A DNA stretch of 64,000 nucleotides from Candidatus Dormibacteria bacterium (GTDB lineage Bacteria > Chloroflexota > Dormibacteria > Aeolococcales > Bog-877). A model generated the notes under the pieces. That model was not told where the DNA came from, made no database searches, and was given only the letters and a program-made list of their open reading frames with translations. The stretch is taken from assembly GCA_050734135.1 (NCBI GenBank), contig JBOHUG010000054.1, forward strand, positions 8,189 through 72,188, given 5' to 3'. Both the position numbers and the translations under genes were made by a program. Shown piece by piece: positions 10,091 to 19,605 of the stretch (position 1 is the first letter of the stretch; each line of letters starts with the position of its first letter).

Positions 10091-11374
10091 ATGGCTCGCA
10101 CCTTCCTGCGTTGCTCGGATCCAGGGTGTGCCCAAGAGAGCGCGGCGATCGGGATCTCCTACGCCTGTGCTACCTGTGGCGGGCTGCTGGAGGTCGGCTA
10201 CCAGTTCGACAGCCCCGACCTTGACCTGTGGCAGGGGGCCTGGCAGCGCCGCCAGCGCGGCAGTGGCGAGGCGGACAGGAGTGGAGTCTGGCGCTTTCGG
10301 GAGCTGCTGCCCTTCCTGTCCGAGCGGGAGCACCCGATCACACTCGGAGAGGGATCCACCCCGTTGGTCAGCTCGCCGGAAGCTGCCAGCTGGGCTGGGC
10401 TGAGCCGCCTGCAGGTGAAGCATCAGGGGGTCAACCCGACCGGATCCTTCAAGGATCTGGGGATGACAGCCTGCATCAGCCACGCCGCCTCCCTGGGCGC
10501 TCGGGTGGTCGCCTGCGCCTCGACCGGGAACACCTCGGCCTCGATGGCCGCCTACGCCGCCCGCGCCGGGATGCCGGCGCTGCTGTTGGTTCCCGAGGGG
10601 GCGGTCTCAAGCGCCAAACTGGCCCAGGCGATCGATTTCGGAGCCCTGGTGGTGGAGACTGGCCAAAACTTCGACCAGGCGCTGGAGCTGCTCCGCCGGG
10701 TCTCGGCCCAGCTCGGTTGGTATGTGGTGAACTCGATCAATCCCTATCGGATCGAGGGCCAAAAGACGGTTGTGGCGGAGCTGCTGGAGCAGCGGGGCTG
10801 GCGGGTACCGGACTATCTGGTGGTACCGGGGGGGAACCTGGGCAACGTCTCCGCGCTGGCCAAGGGGCTGATGGAGCTGGCCAGCTTCGGTCTGATCGCT
10901 AACATCCCTAGGCTGATCGTGGTCCAAGCGGATGGTTCGGATCCCTTCTTCAGGCTGTGGGCTGGCGGGGGAGACACCCTGGAGCCACTGCCAGAGCCCC
11001 ACACCCGTGCCACCGCGATCCGGATCGGAAGTCCCGCCAACTGGTCGAAGGCGCTGCGCGCCCTGCGCTGGTCCGAAGGCAGCTGTGAGTCCGTCACCGA
11101 CCAGGAGATCGCTGCCGCCAAGGAGGCACTGGGACGAGACGGGATCGGCTGCGAGCCCGCCTCGGCCACCACGCTGGCTGGGCTGCGAAAGCTCCGCCAG
11201 GGTGGGCATATCGAGGAGGACGCGGACGTGGTGGCGATCCTGACCGGGCACCAACTGAAGGACGTGGACTACATCCTGGAGCAACGCGCGGCACGGGACC
11301 GGACACTCAGGCTGGAAGCGGACCCAGAAACAGCGGTGGAACTACTCCGGGAGTGGTTGGAGCGGCTCGGCTAG
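10091..11374 (+). CDS. thrC: threonine synthase (ThrC family), paralog 2
   Basis: NPTGSFKDLGM PLP site. N-terminal Cys cluster CSDPGC...CATCGG. About 30% identity to paralog 1. Confidence 0.8.
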   Translation: MARTFLRCSDPGCAQESAAIGISYACATCGGLLEVGYQFDSPDLDLWQGAWQRRQRGSGEADRSGVWRFRELLPFLSEREHPITLGEGSTPLVSSPEAASWAGLSRLQVKHQGVNPTGSFKDLGMTACISHAASLGARVVACASTGNTSASMAAYAARAGMPALLLVPEGAVSSAKLAQAIDFGALVVETGQNFDQALELLRRVSAQLGWYVVNSINPYRIEGQKTVVAELLEQRGWRVPDYLVVPGGNLGNVSALAKGLMELASFGLIANIPRLIVVQADGSDPFFRLWAGGGDTLEPLPEPHTRATAIRIGSPANWSKALRALRWSEGSCESVTDQEIAAAKEALGRDGIGCEPASATTLAGLRKLRQGGHIEEDADVVAILTGHQLKDVDYILEQRAARDRTLRLEADPETAVELLREWLERLG

Positions 11375-11856
11375 CGGCGAGGCAGAGCCCAGGTCGGACT
11401 GGTCGAACAGCTGGAGTTCGGCGGGAGTTGGTGGTTGAAAGAGGCCGGTCCAGTGCGCCAGTTGGTCGGATCGGATTCGGGCGACGCCCCGCTCCGCTCG
11501 CTGATTGCGGAGCTCCAGGCGAATCCAAAGCTCCTCCTTCGGCACGTCCAGGAAAACCAGCTCCACGGTCGCTCTCAGCTCCCGGGCGCCGTTTCGCTTC
11601 TGATCTCGGTCCGAGCGGGACCAGAACCTGGACTCCAGAGTCAAGTGCCGGCCCTGCCGCAGCAGCTCCTGGGCCTGCCGCCAGTACGCCACCTCGAGCG
11701 TCTCACGGACTCGCTCATCGCGAAGGGAGATCCCCAGCAGGGCCATCTGCTCATCGCCGCAGAGTCGGCGCGCCGGCATCCGCTCTGCCAACTGTTTGAC
11801 CAAGTCGTCTTGCCTGAACCGGGGAGGCCACAGAGCAGGGTCAGTCGACCGTTCAC
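11342..11856 (-). pseudogene. P-loop NTPase (AAA-domain ATP-binding/kinase-like protein) interrupted by a -1 frameshift
   Basis: N-terminal part VNGRLTLLCGLPGSGKTT (GTG start at 11856) is in one frame. The homologous continuation LVKQLAERMPARRLCGDEQMALLG...FLDVPKEELWIRLELRN is in the -1 frame. The switch is at plus-strand ccAAgt (about 11801-11804), an AA homopolymer one base short. Confidence 0.55.
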
Positions 11857-11945
11857 CGGTCCTCTCCGAGTTGACTAGTGGCCACAGCGCCTCGAACGTC
11901 GCCGGTCGCAGACCGGGCGCTCTCAGGGGATCGGGCCGGGAGGGC

Positions 11946-12290
11946 TCAGACCCCAGTCAGCTCCTGAAGGCTGGTCTCCTCCGTTAGTGGGTAGTCGAAT
12001 CGGATCACGTCGAACGGACGCTCCCGCACCCAGGCGAGAAAGCTCTGGTGCAGCGGGTGTACCAGGTAGGCAGCGTAGGCGGCGGAGTCGCTGAACTCTG
12101 TAAAGAGTCCGAACTGGTAGCCGTCAGCTCTATCCAGCGTGTCCCTCCCAAACCTCAGCCGGCGCAGCCCCGGTAACCCCGCCCACCTGGCGATCTGGCG
12201 GCGCATCTCATCCTCCACCTCCGCGCCGGAATCCGCCCGGAGCCGGAACAGCACCAGGTGCTGGATTGGTTGGGACGGCGAGGATTCCAC
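11946..12290 (-). CDS. Dabb family stress-responsive A/B-barrel protein
   Basis: 114 aa. The pattern HLVLFRL...RFGRD...YQFGLFTEFSDSAAYAAYLVHPLHQSF is typical of the Dabb / stress-responsive protein dimeric barrel. Confidence 0.7.
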   Translation of the reverse strand: MESSPSQPIQHLVLFRLRADSGAEVEDEMRRQIARWAGLPGLRRLRFGRDTLDRADGYQFGLFTEFSDSAAYAAYLVHPLHQSFLAWVRERPFDVIRFDYPLTEETSLQELTGV

Positions 12291-12317
12291 TACCTAACCC
12301 GTCGTGGTGGGCGGAAG

Positions 12318-13820
12318 CTAGAAGAACTCAAAGTATTCGTTCTGCTCCCACTCGGTGACCTCGACCGAATCGGCGGCGGAGCCGGCCTCCTCAAGGTAGC
12401 GGTTGTACTCAAAACGCTTGAGCATGACCAGGTAGTCGACGATCTCAGGTCCGAGCGCCTGCCGGAAGAACTGGTCCTTCGCCAGTGCCTCTACCGCCTC
12501 CCCCAGGCTGGCGGGCAGGGCTGGGGCAGCCTCCGAATAGGGGTCCGCCTGCACCATCGGGGGCGGATTGAGCTGGCGCCGGATGCCGTCGAGACCGGCA
12601 GCGATGTTGGCGGCCATATAGAGGTAGGGGTTGGCGGCCGGCTCCCCGAGTCGGTTCTCCAGGTGGGACCCCTGGTCCCCCGGCTGCCCCTGGATCCGCA
12701 GCATCGATCCTCGGTTCTCCAGCGCCCAGTTCACCCGGTTCGGTGCGAAGGAGTACGGCTTGAAGCGCTTGAAGCCGTTGACCGTGGGGGTGGAAAAGAC
12801 AGTCATCGGGACTGCGTGCTCCAAGATCCCGGCGGCGAACTGGCGCCCGGTCACCGAGAGGGCCCCTTGGTCGGTGCTGGCGAAGGCGTTGCCGCCCTGG
12901 TCGGCGTCTTGGAGGGATTCGTGCAAATGCCAGCCGCTCGACGACACGTTGGGGATCCGAGGCCGGCACATGAAGGTGGCGTGGTAGCCGAGCTGGTGAC
13001 AGATCTGCTTGGTGGCGGTTCGGAACAGGATCATGCCGTCGGCGGCTCCCAGGCCGAGTTGGGGGTCGAAGGTGATCTCCGTCTGGCCGGGACCCCACTC
13101 ATCCTCCATGGTCCGGAGCGGCAGCCCAACCGCCTCGAGATGGTCCCGCAGGGGATCGAGTACCTCGCTGATCTGGGCGAGCCTGGTTTCGGAGAGGTAC
13201 TGATAGCCCTGGGCCACGACGCTCACCGGGGGCGCAGGCGGCGGCCAGCCGGTCTCGTTTAGGCCGATCTTGAGCTGCTCTCGGCGGAAGATGTAGAACT
13301 CCACCTCCAGTCCCGCCGCGTACTCGAATCCGAGCTCCCGGGCGAGCTCCAGCTGCCGGCGGAGCACCTGGCGGGTGAAGAGCGACACCGGCTTGCCGTT
13401 GCTGAAGTGGGCGTCCGAGAGCACCCAGGCCGTCTGATTAGCCCAGGGCAGGAACTGGAAGGTAGTGGGGTCGGGCACAAGGACCACATCTGGGAAGCCG
13501 GTCAGCTCAGGGATTCCGAAACCGCCCCCTTCCACGAACGCTGGGGGGAAGACCTTGTTGGCGGTGTCGAGGCTAAGGATGGCCCCCGAGAAGTCGATCC
13601 CGTTGCGGAGCGACAGCAGGAAATCATGAGCCGAGACGAACTTGCAGCGAACCGCCCCGTGCTGGTCCACCACGCCGATGCGCACCGTCCGGACTTCCTG
13701 CTCAGAGACCAGGGCGGTGGCCCGCTCGGCAGCCGCCCGCATGGCGTCGGTGAAAAGGCCGTGCTGCTCGATGAATCCCACCTTGCCAACGGCCAGGTCC
13801 TGCACTGACGTGCTGCTCAT
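12318..13820 (-). CDS. glutamine synthetase family protein (GlnA-like gamma-glutamyl:amine ligase)
   Basis: 500 aa. GS catalytic-domain motifs (EVEFYIF, MCRPRIPNVSSSGWHLHESL, NRGSMLRI) resembling the GlnA3/PuuA/GmaS-type gamma-glutamyl-amide synthetases. Confidence 0.8.
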   Translation of the reverse strand: MSSTSVQDLAVGKVGFIEQHGLFTDAMRAAAERATALVSEQEVRTVRIGVVDQHGAVRCKFVSAHDFLLSLRNGIDFSGAILSLDTANKVFPPAFVEGGGFGIPELTGFPDVVLVPDPTTFQFLPWANQTAWVLSDAHFSNGKPVSLFTRQVLRRQLELARELGFEYAAGLEVEFYIFRREQLKIGLNETGWPPPAPPVSVVAQGYQYLSETRLAQISEVLDPLRDHLEAVGLPLRTMEDEWGPGQTEITFDPQLGLGAADGMILFRTATKQICHQLGYHATFMCRPRIPNVSSSGWHLHESLQDADQGGNAFASTDQGALSVTGRQFAAGILEHAVPMTVFSTPTVNGFKRFKPYSFAPNRVNWALENRGSMLRIQGQPGDQGSHLENRLGEPAANPYLYMAANIAAGLDGIRRQLNPPPMVQADPYSEAAPALPASLGEAVEALAKDQFFRQALGPEIVDYLVMLKRFEYNRYLEEAGSAADSVEVTEWEQNEYFEFF

Positions 13821-13868
13821 TTACCTCTCCTCCTCTTGCGGGCTCCGCCGCCGATCAGCCGCCGGAAG

Positions 13869-14594
13869 TCACCCCGTCGCCGCCCGACGGTCGGTCCGGC
13901 TCAGACCGAGCGCCACCACCTCTCCGGCGGCGAGCCTAACGCGGTGACTGGCGTCAGGGAAGCAGAGGCTGAAGATGGCCTCGTCCGCCGAGTGGAGGGC
14001 AGTGCTGGCAATCTCGGCTCCCTCCAGCTGGAAGCGCCAGCCATCGTTCTCCGGATTGCCGGCGTAGAACAAGAACTCTCCCGTGGCCCCCAGAAACGCC
14101 AGGTTGGCGTTGCCCTCCATCTGCCGATGCACCTCCGGGAGCGCGGAGCTCGCAGCCATCCCCTCGCCCACGAGCTTCTCGCAGAGCCGGAACCCGACCT
14201 CGCTGTCGGCCTCACCGTCCAGCTGACCCGGGAAGCTGGGCCTAAAAGAGTGAGCCCCGGCCAGCCGGCCGTTGTGGGCGAAGGCGAAGGAGCCGTCGTC
14301 GGCCACAAAGGGCTGGGTGTCGGCCAAGGAGACAGTGCTGAGCCGGGAGGGGCGGCGGAGGTGGAGCAGGTAATGGCTGGAGCTGATCTCTCGCAGCTCG
14401 CGCCGGCCCGTCTGGTCATCGCTCAGCTTGCCCGGGTTTCGGTAGCGGCGCACCCGCCCGTTCTCCCGCCAGGCAAGACCCCACCCGAAGCCACCAATGC
14501 CGAGCTGCTCCAGCTGAAGCCCCCAAGGGAGCACCCGCTCAAAAGGTTGGGGCTCGGGCCAGACGATCCCCAAGATTTCACACATGGAGCTCAT
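13869..14594 (-). CDS. class II (Ntn) glutamine amidotransferase domain protein
   Basis: Begins MCEILG, so the nucleophile Cys immediately follows the initiator Met. This is the hallmark of GATase-2/Ntn hydrolases (EgtC/YafJ-like). Confidence 0.75.
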   Translation of the reverse strand: MSSMCEILGIVWPEPQPFERVLPWGLQLEQLGIGGFGWGLAWRENGRVRRYRNPGKLSDDQTGRRELREISSSHYLLHLRRPSRLSTVSLADTQPFVADDGSFAFAHNGRLAGAHSFRPSFPGQLDGEADSEVGFRLCEKLVGEGMAASSALPEVHRQMEGNANLAFLGATGEFLFYAGNPENDGWRFQLEGAEIASTALHSADEAIFSLCFPDASHRVRLAAGEVVALGLSRTDRRAATG

Positions 14595-15222
14595 CCGCTC
14601 GCGACCCGTTGCCGTCCCCGGGCCGGCTGCGGTCCAGGGCCGTCTCAGCCAGGAGGGACTCGGCCAGTTCTAGATCGAAAGATTTGGGGGGCAGCTCCCC
14701 GAGACAGAGCAAGGTCTCGGTGCGCTCGATCCCGCTGATTCTCCAGATCCGCTCGAAGAGCAGCTCGCGCAGGTGCGCCTGGTCACGGGCCCGCAGTCGC
14801 ACCAGCAGGTCGGAGTCGCCAGTCACCACCTCGACCTGCTCTACTTCCGGAAGCTGTCGCAGGTCCTGGACGGTTGCGGACTGCTCGCTGCCCTGCACCC
14901 CAGTCACCCGCACGTACACCAGGAGCCCGTAGCCGAGACGGCCCCAGTCGATCTCCGCCCGGTAGCCGCGAATCACCCCCTGGCGCTCCAGGCGGGCGAT
15001 CCGCTCGGCGACGGCGGGGGCCGACATGCTCACCTCCGAGGCGATCCCGCGTACCGAGCGGCGGGCGTCGCGGAGCAGCAGCACCAGGATCTGGAGATCG
15101 ATTGGGTCGAGGGCAGGCTGAGGAACCGAGGGCGCTGCCGGGGAGCTAGGTCCTGCCGCACCATCAGTAAGGTGGCGGACCGCTTTCACCGCCAAGTCGC
15201 GAGGGGCGCCATCGCTTGCCAC
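14578..15222 (-). CDS. Lrp/AsnC family transcriptional regulator
   Basis: HTH LDPIDLQILVLLLRDARRSVRGIASEVSMSAPAVAERIARLERQGVI followed by a RAM/AsnC C-terminal domain. GTG start at 15222 gives a 45-aa N-terminal extension, and the exact start is uncertain. 17-nt overlap with the GATase gene. Confidence 0.7.
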   Translation of the reverse strand: MASDGAPRDLAVKAVRHLTDGAAGPSSPAAPSVPQPALDPIDLQILVLLLRDARRSVRGIASEVSMSAPAVAERIARLERQGVIRGYRAEIDWGRLGYGLLVYVRVTGVQGSEQSATVQDLRQLPEVEQVEVVTGDSDLLVRLRARDQAHLRELLFERIWRISGIERTETLLCLGELPPKSFDLELAESLLAETALDRSRPGDGNGSRADELHV

Positions 15223-15372
15223 CTTTCCATGTTATCGGTAAATGCCTAATTCGGCTATCATTTGCGACTGGGGGCCCGTGGGGTCGCCCACCCGAGGTAC
15301 AGGGACGGCTTCGGCAGGAATGGAGGGGCGGGTGGAGATCGTCTGTTCCCGGGCATCCAGGGGAGACCAGCG

Positions 15373-15795
15373 ATGAGCCTCGCGGATAAGTACTTCGCCG
15401 CACCCGGGTCGGGCAAGGCCCCCACCAGCCGGGGACACTTCCTGGATCTGGAGCGCGACGGGGAGCCGGTCAGTTTCGTGCCCGGCCTGGAGTTCCGCCC
15501 CGCCCTGGGGGAGAGCACGATGCTCAACTCGGTGCGGTTCGCCGCCCACACCGTGGCACCGCTCCACAGTCACGATGAGGAGCAGCTGACCCTGGTGGTC
15601 GAGGGCGAACTGGAATTCGAGATCGATGGCGAGGTGCGGCTGATGACGCCCGGGATGGTGGCGGTGATCCCAGCGAACGTCCCCCATGGCGGCCGGACGG
15701 GCGATGTTCCGTGCCACGAGTACGACGTCTTCAACCCGCCCCGGCAGGCGCTGCTGGCGCTGCGGGGGCAGAGTCTGCCCGAGGCGGGCGGTTAG
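15373..15795 (+). CDS. cupin domain protein
   Basis: Cupin motifs HSHDEEQLTLVVEGELEFEIDGE and PANVPHGG. Start at MSLADKYF. Confidence 0.6.
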   Translation: MSLADKYFAAPGSGKAPTSRGHFLDLERDGEPVSFVPGLEFRPALGESTMLNSVRFAAHTVAPLHSHDEEQLTLVVEGELEFEIDGEVRLMTPGMVAVIPANVPHGGRTGDVPCHEYDVFNPPRQALLALRGQSLPEAGG

Positions 15796-15798
15796 CCG

Positions 15799-16581
15799 GT
15801 GGACCTTAGCCTTCGGAGCCGGCGCGCCATCGTGACGGGCGGCTCCAAGGGGCTGGGTGCGGCCATTGCCAAGGAGCTCCTGGCAGAGGGAGCCGCGGTC
15901 GCGATCTGCTCCCGAAACCAGGACGAGCTGGCGGCGACCGCCCAGGAGCTGCGGCGCGGTGGGGGCCACGTCGTAGCCCAGGTCGCCGATGTCACCAATG
16001 CTGACCAGCTCAACGGTTTCATCAGTCACGCGGTGGCCGAGCTCGGCGGTCTCGACGTGCTGGTGAACAACGCCGGGCGGGCTCACCCGGGCACCTTCGC
16101 CACCTTGACCGACCCCGACTTCCAGGCGGATCTGGAGGTCAAGCTCTTCTCCCAGATGCGCTGCAGTCGGGCCGCGCTGCCCCACCTGCGGGAGGCTGGC
16201 GGGGGCGCCATCATCAACATCAACGCCATCTACGGTCGCCAGCCTGACCCCGCCTTCTTCGCCACCTCGGTCGATCGGGCCGCCTGCCTGGCGTTCAACA
16301 AGGCCCTGGCGATGGAGCTCGCTCCGGACCGAATCCTGGTCAACAGCGTCAACATCGGCTTCGTCCGCACCCCCCAGTGGCGAAACATCCACCAGCGGCA
16401 GGCCCCGGAGCTGAGCGAGGACGAGTTCCTTGCCCGGACCGCGGCCGCCGAGGTTCCCCTGGGCAGGTTCGGGGAGGCCGAGGAAGTCTCAGGGCTGGTC
16501 GCCTTTCTGGCCAGCTCCCGGGCCAGCTATATCACCGGGGCGTCCATCGACGTCAGCGGTGGCATGGGGAGGTACGTATGA
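15799..16581 (+). CDS. SDR family oxidoreductase
   Basis: TGGSKGLGAAIA Rossmann motif, NNAG, and a catalytic Y...K region. Confidence 0.8.
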   Translation: MDLSLRSRRAIVTGGSKGLGAAIAKELLAEGAAVAICSRNQDELAATAQELRRGGGHVVAQVADVTNADQLNGFISHAVAELGGLDVLVNNAGRAHPGTFATLTDPDFQADLEVKLFSQMRCSRAALPHLREAGGGAIININAIYGRQPDPAFFATSVDRAACLAFNKALAMELAPDRILVNSVNIGFVRTPQWRNIHQRQAPELSEDEFLARTAAAEVPLGRFGEAEEVSGLVAFLASSRASYITGASIDVSGGMGRYV

Positions 16582-17552
16582 CCACGGCTGGTGAGATCGT
16601 CTACTTCGCCGGTGAGTTCGTGAACGAGGACCAGGCCCGCATCCCCATCACCGCGCACGCCTTCAACTACGGCACCGGTTGCTTCGAGGGGATCCGCGCC
16701 TACTGGAGCGACCAGCGCGAGCAGCTGTTTGTAATCCGGCTTCCAGAGCACCTCCAGCGGATCCTCCGCTCGGCTCGGATCCTGCGCCTGGAGCCCGATC
16801 CCGCCCTCACAGCGTCCAAACTCGAGGAGATCATCCTGGAGCTTCTGGCCCGCAACAACTACCACCAGGACGCCTACGTCCGCCCGATCATCTACAAGGG
16901 GGGCCACACGATCAAGGTCACCCTCTCGGGGATTGCCACGGAGTTCTGCTGCTACACCCTGGCCATGGGAGAATACCTGGACATCCGCAAAGGGCTGCGG
17001 ATGATGACCTCCAGCTGGCGCCGCATTGACGACAACGCCATCCCCGCCAGGGCAAAGCCAACTGGTGCTTATCTCAACGCCGCCCTGGCTGCCGACGAAG
17101 CCCGTTCGCTGGGATTCGACGAAGCCCTGATGCTGACCCATGACGGCCAGGTCGCCGAGGCTTCCTCAGCCAATCTCTTCATGGTCCAGGACGGGGTCCT
17201 GGTCACGCCCCCGGTCACCGATGACCTGTTGGTCGGGGTCACCCGGGACTGCGTTATCACGATGGCGAAGCAGAGGGGCTGCCAGCTCGAGGTTCGACAG
17301 ATCGACCGCAGTGAGCTCCTGGCGGCCGATGAGGCGTTCCTCTGCGGTACCGGTGTCCAGATCGCCCCGGTGACCAGCATCGATGGCCGCCAGGTCGGGA
17401 ACGGCCAGTCGGGCGAGATGACCAAGCAGCTCCAGGACTGGTATCTGCAGGTCGTTCGGGGCGAGGTGGAGGATTTCTCCAGCTGGCGCACGGCAGTGGA
17501 GCCGATCGCGCTGCCAGCAGGTCGCGGAGCGAGCCAAGGCACAAGGAGGTAG
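16579..17552 (+). CDS. class IV aminotransferase (branched-chain amino acid / D-amino-acid aminotransferase family)
   Basis: Start MTTAGEIVYF overlaps the upstream stop. PLP fold-type IV motifs (FNYGTGCFEGIRAY, ...EASSANLFMV...). Confidence 0.8.
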
Positions 17553-17555
17553 GGG

Positions 17556-18002
17556 ATGGCGTTGGTGCACCTCGTCGACGAGTCGGAGGCAGAGGGCGTG
17601 GTCAAGGACGTCTACCAGGAGATCATGACCAGCCGCAAGCTGGCCCAGGTACCCAACTACTGGAAGGCGCTCGCTAATCAGCCAGCCCTGCTTGCTGTCA
17701 CCTGGGAGAAGCTCAAGGTGGTGATGGCCGAGGGCGCGCTGGACCGGCAGACCAAGGAGATCATTGCGGTGGCGGTCTCCGCCACCAACAACTGTGACTA
17801 CTGCCTCAACAGTCACACCGACGCGCTGCGAGGGCTGGGGCTGGGCGACGCCGAGCTGGTGGAGCTGATGGCAGTGGTCGACTTTTTCAACGGTTCGAAC
17901 GCTCTGGCATCGGGGCTCAAAGTCGAATATGTGCCCCCGGTGCCCGAGGAGGAAGAGAGGCCGCTCGCGAGCGGATCAGAGAGCAGGAAGGAGGGGACCT
18001 AA
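17556..18002 (+). CDS. carboxymuconolactone decarboxylase (CMD/AhpD-like) family protein
   Basis: 148 aa with the AhpD-like CxxC motif NNCDYCLNSHT. Confidence 0.7.
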   Translation: MALVHLVDESEAEGVVKDVYQEIMTSRKLAQVPNYWKALANQPALLAVTWEKLKVVMAEGALDRQTKEIIAVAVSATNNCDYCLNSHTDALRGLGLGDAELVELMAVVDFFNGSNALASGLKVEYVPPVPEEEERPLASGSESRKEGT

Positions 18003-19523
18003 ATGGCGACCAGCGAAACGATCGCGGGTGCCGGGAGCCAGGCGGCCACCGGCGAGCTGCGAAAAGGGAGTCTGCGCACGATCGACGCGGTGGCGATGGC
18101 TGTCGCGGTGCTGGCACCGGCGATGGCCATGGCCTACAACACCAGCGGTTCTGCGGCCTTCTCGGGGACCTCGACCCCGCTGGCGTTCCTGATCGGTGGC
18201 ATTGGCTGTCTGGCACTCGGATTTGTGGTGATCGGATTCACCCGCCGGATGGCCTCGGCCGGCTACGCCTACACCTACTCCAGTCGAACCTTGGGCAAGC
18301 GGGTCGGCTTTCTCACCGGGTGGATGTATTTCTTTGGGTTCTTCTGCTTTGTTCCGATGACCATGAGCGGGGTGGGGGGCTTCACCGCCTCCTTGATCCA
18401 GACCGAGGTGTGGCACAGCGAGCCCAGCTGGTTCTGGTTCCCCATCTTCCTGGTGGGGATGGCCTGCCTGGTGACGCTCTCGGTGCGGGGGGTCAAGCTC
18501 AGTGCCAAGGCGCTGCTTTGGGTGGGAGCGGTCACGGTCACGGTGATCGTGGTCCTGGACATCATCCTGACCGCCAAGGGCGGGAAATTCGGGCAGACCC
18601 TGCAACCCTTCACCTTCGGGCACACCCTGCAGGGAGGCTTCAGTGGGATCTTCTACGGACTGATCTTCGGGGTCACCTCGTTCATCGGATTCGAGACCGC
18701 CGCTGTTCTCGGCGAGGAGACTAGAAACCCCCGCAGGGCGATCCCGATCTCAGTGCTGGTGGCGGTCTGTTTCGCGATCATCTTCTATGTGTGGACCACC
18801 TACAACATCGCCATCGGAGTTGGGGTCAACAAGGCTGGATCCACCGCTTGGGCCACCAATCCGGCGATTCTGGCGACGCTGGCCAAGACCTACGTCGGTA
18901 CCCCGATGATGATCCTGGTGGATTTGGCAGCGATCGGATCCGCCTTTATCGTCTGCCTCGCCTGCGCCACCGCAGCCACAAGAACCCTCTTCGCGATGGG
19001 TCGGGAAGGTGTGTTGCCGGCTTGGCTGGGACGCACGAACAAAATCACCCGGACACCCTCCAACGCGATCCTGATGCTCGCCGGAGCGGCCACGGTTTCC
19101 GCCTTCGTCAGCGGCATCCTCTGGAACTTAGGCCCCTCCAATAACTATTTCTTCTACGCCAGTGTCGGCACGATTGCCGTGTGCTTGGTCTATGTGGTCC
19201 TCTGTGTTGGCGGTTCCGTCTACTTCCGGCGGATCGCCCAGCGCTACAACCCGCTGGTGCACGGGCTGGTACCGGTGATCGGGATCGTCGTCTTCGGGCT
19301 CGCGGTCTACGGCTCGATCTACTCGGGGGCGGTACCACCGGCGCCCTACACCTACGTGCCCTACGTCAACCTGGGCTGGCTTGTGGTCGGCATTCTGTTC
19401 GTGGCCTACCTCTCCCGGACTGCACCGGACAAGGTGGGTCAGATCGGCTCCATCCTCGGCGAGGAAGGGGGGGAGTCCGCCGCCATTCTGGACCAGCCCA
19501 GCATTGCTCCCGCTGGCGGCTAG
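18003..19523 (+). CDS. APC family amino acid/polyamine permease
   Basis: 506 aa with 12 predicted TM segments in the APC superfamily pattern. ATG directly abuts the upstream TAA. Confidence 0.8.
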   Translation: MATSETIAGAGSQAATGELRKGSLRTIDAVAMAVAVLAPAMAMAYNTSGSAAFSGTSTPLAFLIGGIGCLALGFVVIGFTRRMASAGYAYTYSSRTLGKRVGFLTGWMYFFGFFCFVPMTMSGVGGFTASLIQTEVWHSEPSWFWFPIFLVGMACLVTLSVRGVKLSAKALLWVGAVTVTVIVVLDIILTAKGGKFGQTLQPFTFGHTLQGGFSGIFYGLIFGVTSFIGFETAAVLGEETRNPRRAIPISVLVAVCFAIIFYVWTTYNIAIGVGVNKAGSTAWATNPAILATLAKTYVGTPMMILVDLAAIGSAFIVCLACATAATRTLFAMGREGVLPAWLGRTNKITRTPSNAILMLAGAATVSAFVSGILWNLGPSNNYFFYASVGTIAVCLVYVVLCVGGSVYFRRIAQRYNPLVHGLVPVIGIVVFGLAVYGSIYSGAVPPAPYTYVPYVNLGWLVVGILFVAYLSRTAPDKVGQIGSILGEEGGESAAILDQPSIAPAGG

Positions 19524-19605
19524 TGGCCGGAACCAAAACAATCCCAAAGCGGGCTAGAGGTGGGGGCCAGGTGGCCCTCACCCCCGCCCGCCCGCCGGTC
19601 CGGCG

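Noticed and set aside
17885-17900. tRNA-like T-loop sequence GGTTCGAAC.
   Set aside because: Lies inside the CMD-family CDS with no cloverleaf context. No tRNA, rRNA or tmRNA genes are evident anywhere in the window.
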